In this document: positions 28,281 through 42,523 of the stretch, piece after piece
Layout of the letters: each line of letters begins with the position of its first letter
How positions within the stretch are numbered: the first letter of the stretch is position 1
NCBI GenBank assembly: GCA_000934665.2
Contig: KZ538548.1
Span: 1-62,851, forward strand
Length of the DNA stretch: 62,851 bases
Reading direction: 5' to 3'
From: Catajapyx aquilonaris
Taxonomy: Eukaryota
Translations under genes and position numbers: made by a program
Notes under the pieces: model-generated
Seen by the model: the letters and a program-made list of their open reading frames with translations, nothing else
Database searches by the model: none
What the model was told of the DNA's origin: nothing

Positions 28281-28826
28281 GTGCAAAATCGCTGCTACTC
28301 AGTTCAGTGTACAAAATCGCAGTTACAATAGGGCCAAAATCACTGCTATTTAGTGCAGTACCATAGAGTAGCCGATACTTCATCAGGTCCGAATCGCTGC
28401 TATTTGGTTCAGTTCGGGAGGTACAAATCATTGCTACTTGGTTCAGCATGGTACAATCGCTTCTACTTAGTTTGGGAAGTACCAATCTTTGTTATTGAAT
28501 TCAGTAGCGTACAAATCAGTACAAATCGTGGTTACTTTAGTATGGTACTGTACAAATCGCTGTTATTAAATTTTGCAGGGTACAAGTCGCTGCTACTTTA
28601 GTATGGTACAAATCGCTGCTATTGAATTTAGCATCGTCCAAATTGCTGCTACTAAGTTCAGTAGATACGAATCACGGTTACTTCAGTATGGTACAAATCG
28701 CTGTTATTTAATTTAGCAGTGTACAAATAGCTGCTATTAAGTTCAGTAGATGCAAATCGCTGTTATTGAATTTAGGAGGGTACAAGTCGCTGCTTTTTAG
28801 TTCAGTATTATACAAATAGCTGCTTC
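28281..28826. repeat. Degenerate ~30-bp minisatellite (gtacaaatcgctgcta…ttcag)
   Basis: Recurrent aaatcgctg(c/t)ta core, more than 15 units. Confidence 0.9.
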
Positions 28827-29743
28827 TGAGCCAAATAGAGCGACATGTGCGTCCATATGGATAAGCTTACTCCGGAGCTCACCTTCTGGAGAGGGATAAC
28901 ACCAAAGCTTCTAGTGCAAATACGCAGAGGTATAGTGTCGGACCTTAATCGGATCCATGTCTGACAGTTCACGCTGAGTAAATAATGGACACCTGCGAAA
29001 AGAGCTGGAAAGTTGGAGGGGGGACCAACAGCCCCCCACCCCCTCCTCCAGCAGTTATTGGAATTTCCGTTCGGGATATGCTCGACATAACTCGTATAGC
29101 CAAGATGTCACAGTGAAAAAGCGATCCGAGGCCCGGTTCTTCGGGCAGATTCTCAATTTGCTCGGTGACCACGCATGGATGCACCTGCAAGCGACGAGAA
29201 TCGATGACTGCAATCGAATCCTACTGGTTGGTCCAATGTTTCACTTGGACCCCAGGCAAAACTTTTCTATAGTNNNNNNNNNNNNNNNTCTCTGGATGTC
29301 TGCCTGGAATGGACAATGGATCATGTTTTATATTCTAAAACCGGGCCATGTAAAATTTCTAGTTGGGCGCCACCAGGCAAGAGATAATAAATATACAAAT
29401 GGTTTCCGAAGCATGAAAGTGCCAGGCGTGTTGGAGCCAAAATGGCCTGCGACTAGAATCGCTGCTACTTTAATATGAACGGATGTGTCGGTTGCTGCAG
29501 AGAATAGTTCTGTTATTTAAACTTTTAAAGGGTATAGTCTAGGGTTTCTAATTCGAGATTTCAGCGGAAGTGTGGTCGGAAGTTGCAGCTACAGCCAATC
29601 ACGATGTGGTGCACGTTAGGGGTGATAATTTATATATAAACACATTTCGTTTAGGAAACAAACACATTGAATACCGGTACCTCAGGTAAAGGTTACTATA
29701 CATGAAAAGTATTTTCCTTCGGTTACTCGCCTTCTTTGGGAGC

Positions 29744-29915
29744 CTGGTCAGCTGACCACCCTCTCCAGTCACGTGATGTGTCACGTGACTGCAGGGGTGG
29801 TCAACTGACTAGCTTGCCTGGTCGATTGACTCTCCTACCTGGTCAAGTGCTTACTGTAGCACCGAGTCAATTGACACCCGTAGCTAGTCGTTTGACTAGG
29901 CCATTTTTCTCTGTG
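29744..29915. mobile_element. Truncated palindromic element with gtcaattgac-type subrepeats and a CAC-type end
   Basis: Hairpin ggtcagctgaccaccc…tcacgtga/tcacgtga…gggtggtcaactgact; right arm ends in tttttctctgtg; the left arm is short. Confidence 0.45.
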
Positions 29916-31007
29916 CAGGTGCTGCTGTTCGACCAATATTTACATATGTTGTACATCATAATCATTTGTTGACACCACCATCATACAGCACATATATGTG
30001 AACCCAATCACTGTACACTTACATACATCTCTTCATTCCAGTGCAACTGACCCATGGCAGTGGTAAGTAGCCTATGTACACTTGTCAGAGGCATGACACA
30101 ACTGGCACTGACGCCAACAATGATATACTGTAGACGTTGAACATTTGGTACCCCCCAATTATGTAGACCCGAACACCTGTGCATAGAAGCACTCTGACGG
30201 TGTATGTTTTGGAAAACAATGGCATGTTAAAAAAGACAGGGCATGTGTAATGAAGGCATGTCGGAATGTGAAGGTAAGGCATGTCGGAATGTGTCAATTG
30301 CATTGAGCTAATATGTATATCCAAAACGGAAGTCGGACCTTACCTTTCTCACGAAAACCGCACAGGTGCTCCTTGAAACGTGGAGTCCCGCAAGGGGTAT
30401 GTTTAACCGTTGAACTTGGCAATCTTTCAGCAGAATCTTCAAGATGCGAGTATCGGAACTGCAGGGCGACACGCTCTTTTTACTCTTTCTACCCCATATA
30501 TTTTTTTTGCACAGTTTTCTTTATGTCCTCGTCCGTGAGAGTCTGCCTCGGTAGGGAACCACAGATGGTGCTAATGACACCCAAGGCAGGTCGATACATT
30601 GTCACGACATATATTCAAAACAGTGATTTCCCTGCAAAAGATGCGCTACTCACTCTATGTTTTTTAAAAATCAAAACAAGGTTGGAAAATTGGAATGGGA
30701 CCGGTTTTACTACCGGGTTGTTCAATTACAAAACGTTGGTCCGTATTGTCCATGTTTTCGGTGGGAATGTTGCTGTTGGTGAATGTCGGAAAATGCAATC
30801 ACACGTACTGCTCGAGGGAGTGGACGGAAAAAAAAGGTAATGAATGTGCCGGTGGAATGGAAGGGAGTGTAAGTTGGACTAGTTGCAGTTGGGCGATAGA
30901 ATATGCTGGGTGTGGTTACACAACTGGCTTGTGGTTGAGTTTCACTGGACTAGGGGGACATGGTGGTACTGCCAGTAAATGTCATGTCGATTTAATTTTG
31001 AGCAGGT

Positions 31008-31200
31008 TATAAATAGGGCGGTATTTTGACTCTACAGAGGTTCGTTACACAACCTGGCAACGTCGGAAACGTCGGCCATTTTGTTTTCCTCTACCAAGCG
31101 TAGCGTTGGAAATAACTGCGATGTCGGTATGTATTTGCCCTTTTAGACATTAAACCACAGGTAACCTAATCAGATGTCATATTGGCGCCCAACGTGGAGC
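31008..31200 (+). mobile_element. Possible LTR retrotransposon remnant: LTR 3' part plus tRNA-Lys(CUU) primer-binding site
   Basis: TGGCGCCCAACGTGGAGC (31183-31200) matches the Lys1,2 PBS TGGCGCCCAACGTGGGGC at 17/18. It follows …TGTCA by 3 nt, with TATAAATA at 31008 and ATTAAA at 31149 upstream. No gag ORF or second LTR seen. Confidence 0.4.
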
Positions 31201-33969
31201 CAGAGTATGGAACTTGCATAGGGCAGGAAAACCATCCCTCGACACTGCATAACAGTACAACCACTACCATACCATTGATAATGCCAACTGTGGTTGTCGA
31301 TTTGGTACAATATTCATAGATCAGAAAGTAATGGTGACAATTACGATCATTTACACACACAGGCTCAATATTGGTAGTGGCACTCACTGAAATGAGAGTC
31401 TCTTGATTCGTGATGGCCATCATTTGTTAGCAAAGTCACTGATGATGCTTTTAACTGCAAATGCACCCAAGTGACCAAACTCCCATAGCTGAAACATGGT
31501 GGGGGATGGGGGGGTTCAATAAAACCACAAATGGGTAGTAAAACAGTGCAATACGGGGACGTGATGTTTATTTACTGCCAAATGGTGTTAAGGTGATGAA
31601 ACAATAGTGCAAATTGCGACACCTTCGTGATGTAATATTAGGTTTAAGCCATAGTTTGGGGGCACATATACTGCGTCTCAGATTTTATGTGCATGTTGTT
31701 ACATCGTGGAAATTGGGGGAAATGTTACTAGCGTGTGTTATTTACCTAAGTACATAGCTATTTAGCTGCTATCATAGTGTAAGCCACGTGCAGTATGATT
31801 ATAAATAAATAGAAGAGACCCCCAATTTAGATAGCGTTTAAAATAATACTGCAGCTTTTGCAAAACTCTGCATTTGCATTAATAGAAAGAGCTGCTTGAT
31901 TTTATATGGTGCAGGGAAACAGTTTGGAAACGACCCTGCCATCGCAATTACTAGTAATATCAGATTCATTATTCGGGTTGAACTGTTTTGCAACGAACTG
32001 AATAAAACTCGTCCTATATTGAGCCCAAGGGCACTTTAAAGCTGCTTTAAAAACACGAACATATCCACTGTATCCACACGAACTCGTGCGATTGCCCTGA
32101 AGCTGATATTGCATAACTTGGATCCTGTATAAAACTACGCATCTGAATGCCCCAGAGGAAATCTCATTTGTTGAGTCGATAGTCTGTACATCTGATTCTG
32201 TATATACAGTATGTACCCTCCAATGGGGTCAGAATTACAGGACCAATGAAGATGTCCTCTGGTAAGGTAATGCATCCCTAGGTGCATTGTTATTGCACAG
32301 AATAATGCAAGTAAATTACGTATTAATATGGTGATGCATTGTTCATTAGTTCTCTGAGCCAGACTCTGCGTATACAACCGGAGCTGATATTAATAACTAC
32401 TGCATAACTGAAATTGCGTGTACGTTTCTGTTAATGAACTTTCATGTGATTATACGTTGCGAGAAGCAGATTTTCATAATTTGCAAAGATTACATATTTT
32501 AATGATAAGAGCTCGATACTTATTTCAGCGGCAGTGTAATTTCCTTTGAGAGCTTATTTTCTTTACTTTCTGGTGGATCTTTTAGATCTCACCACTTTTG
32601 ACGGCCGAGCAGTCAGGAGAACTTGGCCTTTTTTTTACAGAAAGGTTTTTGGTGGTTTTCTTTACTTTTGAGTATTGCACTGTATACAGTACAACTAAGG
32701 CTAAGCCTATCGTTAGTTCATTAGACATTAGACTGCACTGCACATTCGGTTTCACTAATAAGTTTATCCTATTAAGTGAGATTATTTCCAAGCTTGCTTT
32801 CTGCCCCAATAAATGAAAAAAAAAATCTCCAAAATTATTCCCAATATGCATGAAATTGAATCATCCAAGTGACAAGCAATTTTGAGCATATCTCACATTT
32901 CTGGTTGGTATCTTCACGTTACAGCCTTGCACCGGAGAAGCCTCGTTGTGCAAATGCATATTTGCGAGGGTTGGATAAAGTAGGGTAGAGGTTTCTCGTG
33001 TGGAAGGTAGAGGAATATTCGTGGGATGCCGAGGCAGGATGGAAGCTCATGAATTGTCCTCTGGTCCAACATCGTGAAAAATTTATGAAACGTCTAGTAC
33101 AGGAGGAAAAATTTCGTTGCGTCCGTCCTTGCCATTTTTGTGCCCCCCCCCTCCGAAAGATGCATGTAAACTTCATTTTCGGGCCAACTTTTTTCCCTGG
33201 GGAAAAAAATTTCGCATAGTGTCTCATATATTTTCATTACCATTGTTGTTTCATGAGATAATTAATAGTGTCAAACGAATTGCATATTTCTTATTATATT
33301 ATATTATATTTATTATATTTATTATATTATTATATTATATGTTATATATTATTATATGAATTGGCAACAATGATCCCAAGTAGCTGGTGCAACACAATAT
33401 GTACTACTAACCTGTTCAATCTTGGGCACGGTGATCTTGGGGTGACAAAGTGTGAGACACTTTATCCTGTAAGTTAGGCATCACATTTAGCAGAAGTGAC
33501 GTGCAGATTGTGGTAGAGAGTCAGGATAAACCAGGGTCTGAGTGATAGATCGTTGCCTAGGAGCAGAGTTGACTCGCGAAAATTGCGAGGAGGTTTGCGA
33601 TGTTCCTTGGAGCATTGCGGATATCTGGTTCAAAACAAGTGTCTTTTCACTAGTGCTTTTTTTTAAAAAAAAACGCAATTTTGTGCAAAGTTTCACATTG
33701 CAAATTGTAGCCTTCTAAGCCTAGCTTTGCAAAGTTGATTTTCAGCTTAGTTGATAGTGTCGCCATAAATGCTATGTCTACATTGTTGAGCAAGTGGAGC
33801 CTAACATTTTGGCCAGCAAGTTTCTTGAGGCTCATAATATCCTTCATGCACCATAGGCACTAACGATAATGATATATGTGTAAAATTATCAACAAAGCAT
33901 ATCTGGCAGCCATTTTGGAACGGCCAACCAGATGCTTCGGGTTGAAAAAATCGAGTTTTATTAACAAGA

Positions 33970-34194
33970 CTAGCAGGGAAATACTTTGAATGAATCGATG
34001 CTACATCCGGGGTTCCTTCTTTGCTGCCCTTTCGCCTCCTGTGGCCAAGGATGACCTCTGAGGTCAAATCCAATGTGCTAAAAACCTTCCCCGTTAAAAA
34101 CTACCCTTAATGATCATCCTAGAGCGTACGTCGAGGCATCCGTATTGATTTGCATCGAGAACAAGGGGACATACGTTGTGAAATATATATAAGA
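33970..34194 (-). mobile_element. Non-autonomous Helitron family H3 (3' hairpin deleted)
   Basis: Minus strand A|TCttatatatatttcacaa … aagtatttccctgCTAG|T; interior matches 38334-38805. Confidence 0.75.
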
Positions 34195-36278
34195 TTAATA
34201 TTAATTGTAATGTCATCGTGATTTTTTTGCTATTTTGTGCATTATTAATATATTAGACAAGAATATTCATCTGGGACACTGTCGTTGTATTTTCGACCAA
34301 CGGTTTTGTTAACATTTTGAGCATGTTTCCAAGTCGAAAATTTTGCCATCACATTTTTAAATATCCTCATTATCTAAACTACTCTTTTTACATTATGCTG
34401 ATGACTTTCTGAACACAATAAGCGCCAGTTACACCCCTAATCCCATGGGACGCTGTTATTTCGCCAACTTTGATATTCACATTTTAGTTGTGGCAATAAA
34501 AGTTTCGCAACTGCGCAACCCAGTTGCTTTGAAGCCTAAAAGCCAGTGCCGACTGTGAGAGGAATTTCTCCGTAAGGCACGGTCTGGCATCGCAAGAAAT
34601 AAGGACAAAGTTATGATTGGAATTGGAGTAGAGTTTGGTGGGGGTGCACGTTGAAGAAGGGGTGATAATGAGCGAGGCAATTAGGCTGAGTCGTTTTTAG
34701 GCGATGCTTATGGGAAAGCTTCACAATCCTGGAGACTTAGCTGCTTGTAATTAGAAGAGTGATGGTGGCCAAAGAAACACTTGCAAGTCTTTTCGTTCGA
34801 TTCATCCAACCAGCGATTCTAATGAGATCAAAGTGGGATAACTTCTGTCTGTGGTGGAGAATGGTGTTTGCTGGATTTCAATTATGGGTCTGAAATGCTT
34901 GAAAGGAGGTGTTTGACTTTGGAAGCCATTGTTACATCCGAGTAGGAAAGGAACAGTGCTGACATTCTTATAAGTCGATGAATTTTTTATGAGTGCAACC
35001 GAGTGCGCACCCACACTAGCGCAACTCCATTCTTCTGATAACATTGCAAGAAGGGCTAGATATTTTTATTGATAAACACATCGTACATAGGTGAATTTGT
35101 GATGACCCGCCCCCTACAGGTCATGTGATGTGCACGGGGCATGCGCATTGCTTCCCTGGCTTTGGCCAGGGGAGAGTGGAGTTGTTATCCAGAGTACAAC
35201 CACTATACAGAGAACTTACCAACTAACATTGATAATGCCAATCGTGCAAGCTGCGATTGCGCTCATTAAAAAAAATCATATACCATTTCCAGCATTGTAT
35301 TAGAGCGAAATTGTCACGGGGGGCCAATATGCCGGGGGCGAAAAGTCCGAGATTAGGTTACTAGTAAGCGTTGAAAACGTAACTCTAAAATTTTTGTCGC
35401 TTTGTAGAAAGTCAACTGCCGGATAGTATCTCTGAATTTTTCACGTCCTTCCCATGTCGTACCCGCAACATTTGAAATGTGACCCGGATCTAAAAAGCCC
35501 GGATTTTTCCAACCACCGACTGGTGGGGGAGGCTGAATTTTCCATTTATCTGGGAATAACCCTGGTTTCGCCCCCCTCCATACAAGGGAGAACCGGACAT
35601 GACGTCATAAAATCGTAATGGCGGAATTCGCAGGATGTGGCAGGTGCGTCCAATGCATGATGGCGGAGAGGCCTTCGAAAAAAAAACAAAGAGTCGTTGG
35701 AAACAGATATAACCCCCAAAGAAAAAACCGGGTGGATGTAATAACAGTATATCGCAGGAGTTGTTCCCATTGGCTAGAGTCATTTCCACTATCCGGAAAT
35801 GGACTTGTATTGTCGCACTTTTTTTTTGCCAGCAGTTTGTGTGGAGTCCTACTGGCGCCTTATTTGAAGGATGCGACAAATATTTGCAGGAAGGAAGCTC
35901 CTTTGGCGGCATCTGGTCACACTTGCTTCAAAACTCGTGTTTGTTCGGGATTACCGCTCGGGAGTCCCCCAAACCTTGGGGGTAATATGCTTGCCTGAAT
36001 TTGAAGATAAATTTTGGAGCAACCTGTTGAAAGTCGCGTCATTACCTACTAAATTTGGGCATTAAAGGGTCTGAGAAGTACCTTGAAAGTGATGGTAGGG
36101 TTAAATTGGCTGTGCCACCTGTAATCAATTAGTCAGGTTAAAAGGTGCCACCTTGATTACTATCACTAGCCAAAATGGGGGGGGGGGGGGGAACCTNACC
36201 TATATAATCAGTGTACTTACCACATTGTGCTATTTTTCACGCACAGATGTCGCATATGCACACTCCTGCCACCCTCAT

Positions 36279-36390
36279 ATCGTGCGAGAGATCAGATCGT
36301 GCGAGAGATCAGATCGTGCGAGAGATCAGATCGTGCGAGAGATCAGATCGTGCGAGAGATCAGCTATTGCGAGAGATCAGATCGTGCGAG
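36279..36390. repeat. 17-bp minisatellite (atcgtgcgagagatcag) x~6.5
   Basis: Direct observation. Confidence 0.93.
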
Positions 36391-37279
36391 CGATACTATC
36401 AGGATGTAGAGAATAAGCCGATTAGGAGAAATATGCAGTAATTTTCATGTACATTTTAAGCACTGAAATTTTGAGGTCAACAAAGGGTTTTCTTGGCCCC
36501 CACAGAGGATCCGGATCGTCGACCTTTAAAAGATTAATTAATAACTCACGCAATAAAGGACGGCCAAGCAGAAATCTTGAAATAACTGCGCTTCTCTAGG
36601 ATATTCAGATTATTAATTCAAGGCTTTTGCTGCATGCAACGTCATGTCCGCGGAATATTTTTTTTTTACCTACTTGAGGTTAATTTCCGTTTATGAAAAT
36701 ACAGTCACGTTTTCCAGTTTTGGCTCTCAAAAATCTTGAGAGTGCACCGAACAAAATTTTAAAATGTGGTCAAAATATGTTTTTTGTTTCAAAAATACAA
36801 AAGCACATTTTGCATATACAAAATGATATTTTGGGGAAGAACGTTGACACAATGGCCATTCAAAGTCCTGCTTTTCTGATTGAAAATTCCGCATTTGTGA
36901 AACCGTTTATCGAGCAATGTGCCAGCAGCATGGAATGTTGTCACACTGCATTTGCTAATCATGATTTGTGATGCTAATTCTACCCGCTAAATTGTGGAAT
37001 TTCTGTATGCAAAACAAAAACGCTATCATTAGCGCGAAGGCGACACGACGTGGGCATATATTACCCAATTTATTTTCCTCTTTTTTTAAAAAAAAAAGAA
37101 TAATTAAAAGCTCTAACAATGCGCTGCCATGTTTTCATAATCACTTGTCCGATGTAATCTAATTGAATGTGATATTAGTGATGTTATGGTAATTGACTTT
37201 AAAATTTATGCACAATCTGACATTGTAAGTTGACCGATAACAACAGTGGTTCACATGGACGTCTTGAATAGTTCATACA

Positions 37280-37500
37280 TCTATAATATTAAAATCCTTG
37301 CGGGAGTTGGCCGAGCCCTCTGATTGGTCCGCCGCATATTGTTACCGCCACCTCCCCATTGGCCCGCGTTCTGCTCATGCGCAATGGGGTGTAAACAACT
37401 CCTGTTGGGTTGCCGGGGAAACTGTCCATTCCCCGGCGATATGGTGCGCCGAATAGGTACCCCAGGTCGTAGGCCTAGAAAAGAGCTAGCGTTTTCCTAG
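37280..37500 (+). mobile_element. Non-autonomous Helitron family H1
   Basis: A|TC … hairpin gaaaagagctagcgttttc … CTAG|T, with no TSD. Confidence 0.9.
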
Positions 37501-38333
37501 TAATTTTTAAATATACAGTAATTTTATATTGCACTCTTGCCACATTGTGCATAGTGAACAATATGCATTATTTACAATTTTTATAAAAATTCATTAATTA
37601 AATGAGTGAATGCAACTTATCTTTCGAGTTCAATGTAACCAATAAAGGGCCGGACACATACGAAGATAAATGGTCAAACGCCCACAACGTTAATTATTAC
37701 CCGACGACTCATTATTACACGCACTGAACCATCTTACATGGTCAGCAATTTCCGGATGTAATTGTCACCATTTCAGGTTGACATATGCCTGTGGGACATT
37801 ACTCGGCTCATTAATCATTACGAGCCCACACTCACTCTGATTGGATAGTTACAGATGGAATATGCTAAAAAGTGAGAAGGATTACCACCATGTCTTCACC
37901 AACTTTTTTTTCTCTCTCTCTCTCTTTTGAAAGATTTTGAGGTCGCGAAAAAAAGTTTTTCTGTCACCTTGTGATCCGTCTCTTCCCTGACATTTTTTTT
38001 TCATGTGATTTGATTCATTGGGAGTTGAAGAGGAAAAGGAAGGAGTGCTGTAAATTTGCGGGTTTCTCTCCCTATAGAACATCGATCCGAAGCATTAGAG
38101 AGACTTTAGATTGGGGGAAGGCTGAGGTATTTCCATTTCTTGAATGTCGCTTTCATGCTTGGATGAAAGTCTCTGTCCGGATTTTCTGACTTGTAAGACC
38201 TCCTATTCGCACTTCACCCTGTGTTATTGGATGTGGGACGCATATTTCAGCCATATTGGGCAATACCAATGTTGAAAATGGCTGAAAATGAGGCCTTTTT
38301 TTGGATAATTTCTTTTGGTTAGTAAGGTCAAAA

Positions 38334-38805
38334 CCTACATATTTCACAATGTATGTTCCCGATGCAAATAAATACGGAGGCCTCGACATATGCCCCAAGG
38401 TGATCATTAGGGGTAGGTTTTTATCACATTGGACTTGACCTGCGAGGTCATCCTTGGCCTCAGGAAACTGCAATGGAAAAGTATTTTATAACTCGGGCAA
38501 CGCCGGGTATCCTGCATATATATGCTCCAGGGTGATCATTAGGGGTAGGTTTTAACGGGGAAGGTTTGTAGCACATTGGACGTGACCTGGGAGGTCATCC
38601 TTGGCCTCAGGAGGCGAAATACCATGTCCAACTGCAATGGAAAAGTATTTTATAACTCGGGCAACGCCGGGTATACTGCATATATATGCTCAAGGGTGAT
38701 CATTAGGGGTAGGTTTTAACGGGGAAGGTTTTTATCACATTGGACTTGACCTGGGAGGTCATCCTTGGCCTTGGAGGCGAAATACCATGTCCAACTCCAA
38801 TGGAG
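38334..38805 (+). mobile_element. Helitron H3 with tandemly repeated 3' portion (~132, 165 and partial units)
   Basis: gggtgatcattaggggtagg…ggtcatccttggcc occurs three times; hairpin ctcgggcaacgccgggta occurs twice. Confidence 0.8.
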
Positions 38806-39531
38806 TTCGTTTTCCTTTAAAATGTAACCAGAAAAATATGTGTGGCTTCGGTTATAGTTCTCCCCTAATGCTTATGCAACAGCCATTAACTGTTCTGGAG
38901 AGGCGGGCAGAGTAATTGGAAATAAAACTGATGATCATGGATGGGTCCTTTATAGCTACAGGCTTATTACAACACCTGACTGCATCGTAACTCTCCTCAG
39001 ATGGAACTAGGAAGCAGCAAGGGAACATTACCCTCGCCGCTCTAATTGCGCTGTCAAGCAAGTCGCACAAAACAACTATTTTCGGTAGATGTTTGTAATT
39101 TTGTTAAGTGGAAATTTTGGGAAGGGGGGGGGGGGTCCACGCATTTTGAGTAAAGAAAAGGTAGGGGGTAGGGGGAAAATCTGGAAGGAAATTCCAGGAG
39201 GATGCAAAGTGCAGGGGTTTGCCCAAGGCATTACCGTGTGGAAGGCGCCGTTACTAGAGCCGAGAAATGTTTCCTTTTACCTTCCCCCCCACCACCTTTC
39301 CAGAGAGTATATTCCATCCGTCCAAACTCTGAGGGAGAGAGTTTACTTAGGCCTCTAGGGGAATTCAGGCAGTTGTGGAATTGGGAAGAGCAACATCCCC
39401 CACCCCCCTCCCACCCCTTTGTTTACTTCCTATTCAGGTCCCCTTTTAAGGTTCCTTTTTTATATAAGAAAATGAGAGGATTCCTTTTCGTTGGGGGGGG
39501 TATTGTAATGACCGGATTCCTGGAGCCAAAA

Positions 39532-39628
39532 CTAGTAAGGGTGAAAGTCGCATGCATCCCATGCACTAATCCCCTCTGGGTCAGGCGGGATTAGTCCAGG
39601 GCATGCATACGACTTTCACCCTTACTAG
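39532..39628. mobile_element. Small hairpin MITE family B
   Basis: ctagtaagggtgaaagtcgcatgcat…atgcatacgactttcacccttactag inverted repeat; second copy at 42524. TSD is ambiguous. Confidence 0.85.
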
Positions 39629-42523
39629 ATTGGAAAAAAAAATTGCGAAAATTTTAACATAGCAGCAGGTTGTGCAAAACGCTGGTTTATTTTTCCATAT
39701 CCTTTCATCGCGTCCTTTCAGTGTGTGTGCAACTGAAAAACGCGCTTAGGAAGAGCTTCAGCCACTTTAAGCTCTGAGGCCAAAATGGTGGGGGGGACGA
39801 AATAGGGCGAAGGAAATTGGCGTCGCTTGGTTCGATATAAAATGGAGTCGATTTCCTTAGACCTTACACAAAAAGAATGGATACAGAGGGCTATATAGCT
39901 CGATTCTTTTTTGGAGCCCAATGTTGATTAGAAACCATCTCCATCTCATCTGAGCAAAATTGTGAGTTTCATCTGACGGAGTGGGAGGGTAGAAAAAAGG
40001 CAGTGTTGCCAAGTGTGTGGAAAATGAGCGTCGTAATTTTAGCCTGGTTTTTTTTGCAGTGAATGGCTGATTAGGACTGAGCGTAAGTGTAATGAAATAG
40101 TCAAAATGTACGTCATATGGTTATAATTAGCTGTTAATATCAGAGGGCAGATTATTAATATTGTTACTGAACTATGCAACATTTAAAGTGCATAAAAATA
40201 TGCACATATGCACCTGGGCCAACTGACTTTATGCTCACAATGCCATAATTTGTTTATGCATTGGTCTGCAGTATATATAATTTGTTTATCAACTTGCCTA
40301 CATATTTTCAGGATGGTAAATAAAACGTGTATGGAGCAAGAGCAGGTGTATAAATATTCGATGAATATATTCATTTATCCTGCATTAAATTTTATTTACC
40401 TGTCCCAACATTCGTGCAGCTAGTTAATATGCGCTTAAAACTTTAATTAATATGGCCGGTACATAAATTTTCCTGTAGGCAAATTATTTTATGCGGGAAT
40501 GTGCATAAATGCAGGATAGCATAATATTATGCAATGCAATGTTATTGCTGTTATGTAATGTCGATTATTGTTTCTAAAAACCAGTTTTACCTGCAACCTG
40601 CCTTACGTGTCAGCTAGTGTGTTTTTTTTTCAGTTTTAAAATCCAAAATTGCATTTTCCACTTTTAGAATGATTAACACAGGATCTGCGGCCATTTAGAG
40701 ATCCGTTTCCATACTCTAAGCAGGACTTAAGCCCGTCTTGAACTGCATAATCCATATCCAACGCCCCCTTTTTAATGATGCGTAAGAACTCTGTTGAGAT
40801 TGGGCTTTGTGAAAACTTTGCACGGAAACTTCGCACGTACGAAGCAGAACCCAGAGTGGTTCATGTCAGCCGGCCATTTTAACATCCAGGTAATATTTTA
40901 ATCCGGGAATCCACGAGCCTTATTACGACGCTCCCATCTCCTTCAGTTGCAAAAACTGTGGGGATGGGATGAAACTGGTTCCAAGGAGTAAGTTTTCAGC
41001 CTTCATTTCCCCCCCTCACTGGCTTCCACCCACTGAGTTTTAATTATGGAAGGGATGCCACCCCATCTTAACAACCACCATTTGCATTCTGGTTCTATAT
41101 ATTTTTTATACTCAGTTTTAGCAAAGACGGAAATTTACCCATTAAAAAAATTCAGTACAGCTTCATTAGTTTTTTTAAAATGGTCGTTCGGTTAAATTAG
41201 CTTAGGCTAACCATCGGCATTTGAGATGGTCCCAGGACAGGCTTTAAGTGTGGGACCAGTTTTAGGGGCGCGGTGCTTTTTATCTTATTGCGTTACTTCC
41301 TGATGGGCTAAGCTGTTGTATGGGGGGTTTTAAATGTTTTGTTGCTAATTAGACCTATCCAATTAATTTTTTTTGCAAATTTAATAACACGAAAGTTATC
41401 GCAGCAGGTGATCCGGAGTGGGTTGCAGTGTTGCATTGTGGTGTATATTTTCAACTTGGATTCATGTCTCGCTAAATCTAGTTGACATCTCCATGACAAC
41501 TGAGTAGGGTCTGATGTTTGTAGCCCAGGATGGAAATCTGATGATGTAGCTAACTGAGAAGCCATTACGAAGTGTCTGACGTCAGCTTTTTGATTCAGGG
41601 TGACCCCTATGGGGACATGGCCCAATCGATACCAAGTTTGCGCCAAAAGTTGAGAGGAAATATTTGAAGTCAGGACGATGGGAAAAGTTTCTTTAAAAAA
41701 AAAAAGAGGACCAAACTGAATCCATTGGCCTTTTGGGAACAGTTGTTTTTTTGGGAGGAAAATTTGCTGTATTTTTTGTGATAAATAAAAAAATTGGGCG
41801 GATACATGGTATTTATTTATAATTTGCGGTCTTGATTGATGGATGTGTCGAAAACTTAGATGCGAGTTTAAGTATGATGCGAAAGGGAGTAGCCACTGGT
41901 GCGGAAGTGCCTTGAGCCTTTTCCCGATAAATGGGAAAGGAAAAATCAATTTTCTGAGGAAATCTTCCCCCCTTCCAGCTCTTGGAAACTTGAGACTTAA
42001 AGTGTAGGAGGGGGGGATTTAGAAAGGGGCTGCAATTTCCAATTCCAACCGCTTAAGGACGCCCTAGGCAGCACAAGAAACTCTAACAGAGAAGACAGCC
42101 TCTGTTTCAACTCCAATTGCATAATCTGATGATCAGAATTTGAGAGTAATTAGCTTCATAACAATAAGCACTTTGTGGTTAGGAAGGGTTTTAGAAAATG
42201 CCAACCTGAATATACAGATTGATCGGTCTGATTGGGGGACTTGATTAATCCTGGGTGATTATTGGCATAAATCCGGATTGATGTCGGCGTAAATTTCATA
42301 AGTTCGCCAAATCCTGAGCGAATCTGTCGTTAAGCCTGCGTTAAACCCGATGTATACACCTAATTAAAGAGTAATTTTCTACTCGATAAGGTGCTAATGA
42401 AAACCTAGGCATATTATTAATTTAAAAAATAGTAACTCCCTTTATTATACAGTATTTACACATTGAGGCAGCACAAATTATTGCTGTTCTGCCATCCAAA
42501 TGAGAAACACCCTAACTGCAAAA

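Noticed and set aside
28281..28826. CRISPR-like periodicity
   Set aside because: Units are contiguous degenerate copies with no repeat-spacer structure.
30023..30460. Minus-strand exon-like segments with gtaagt and gtaagg donors
   Set aside because: The phases do not join into a continuous open frame and the peptides are unrecognisable.
41308..41949. 213-aa minus-strand ORF
   Set aside because: Non-ATG start, runs through homopolymer-rich sequence, no motif.
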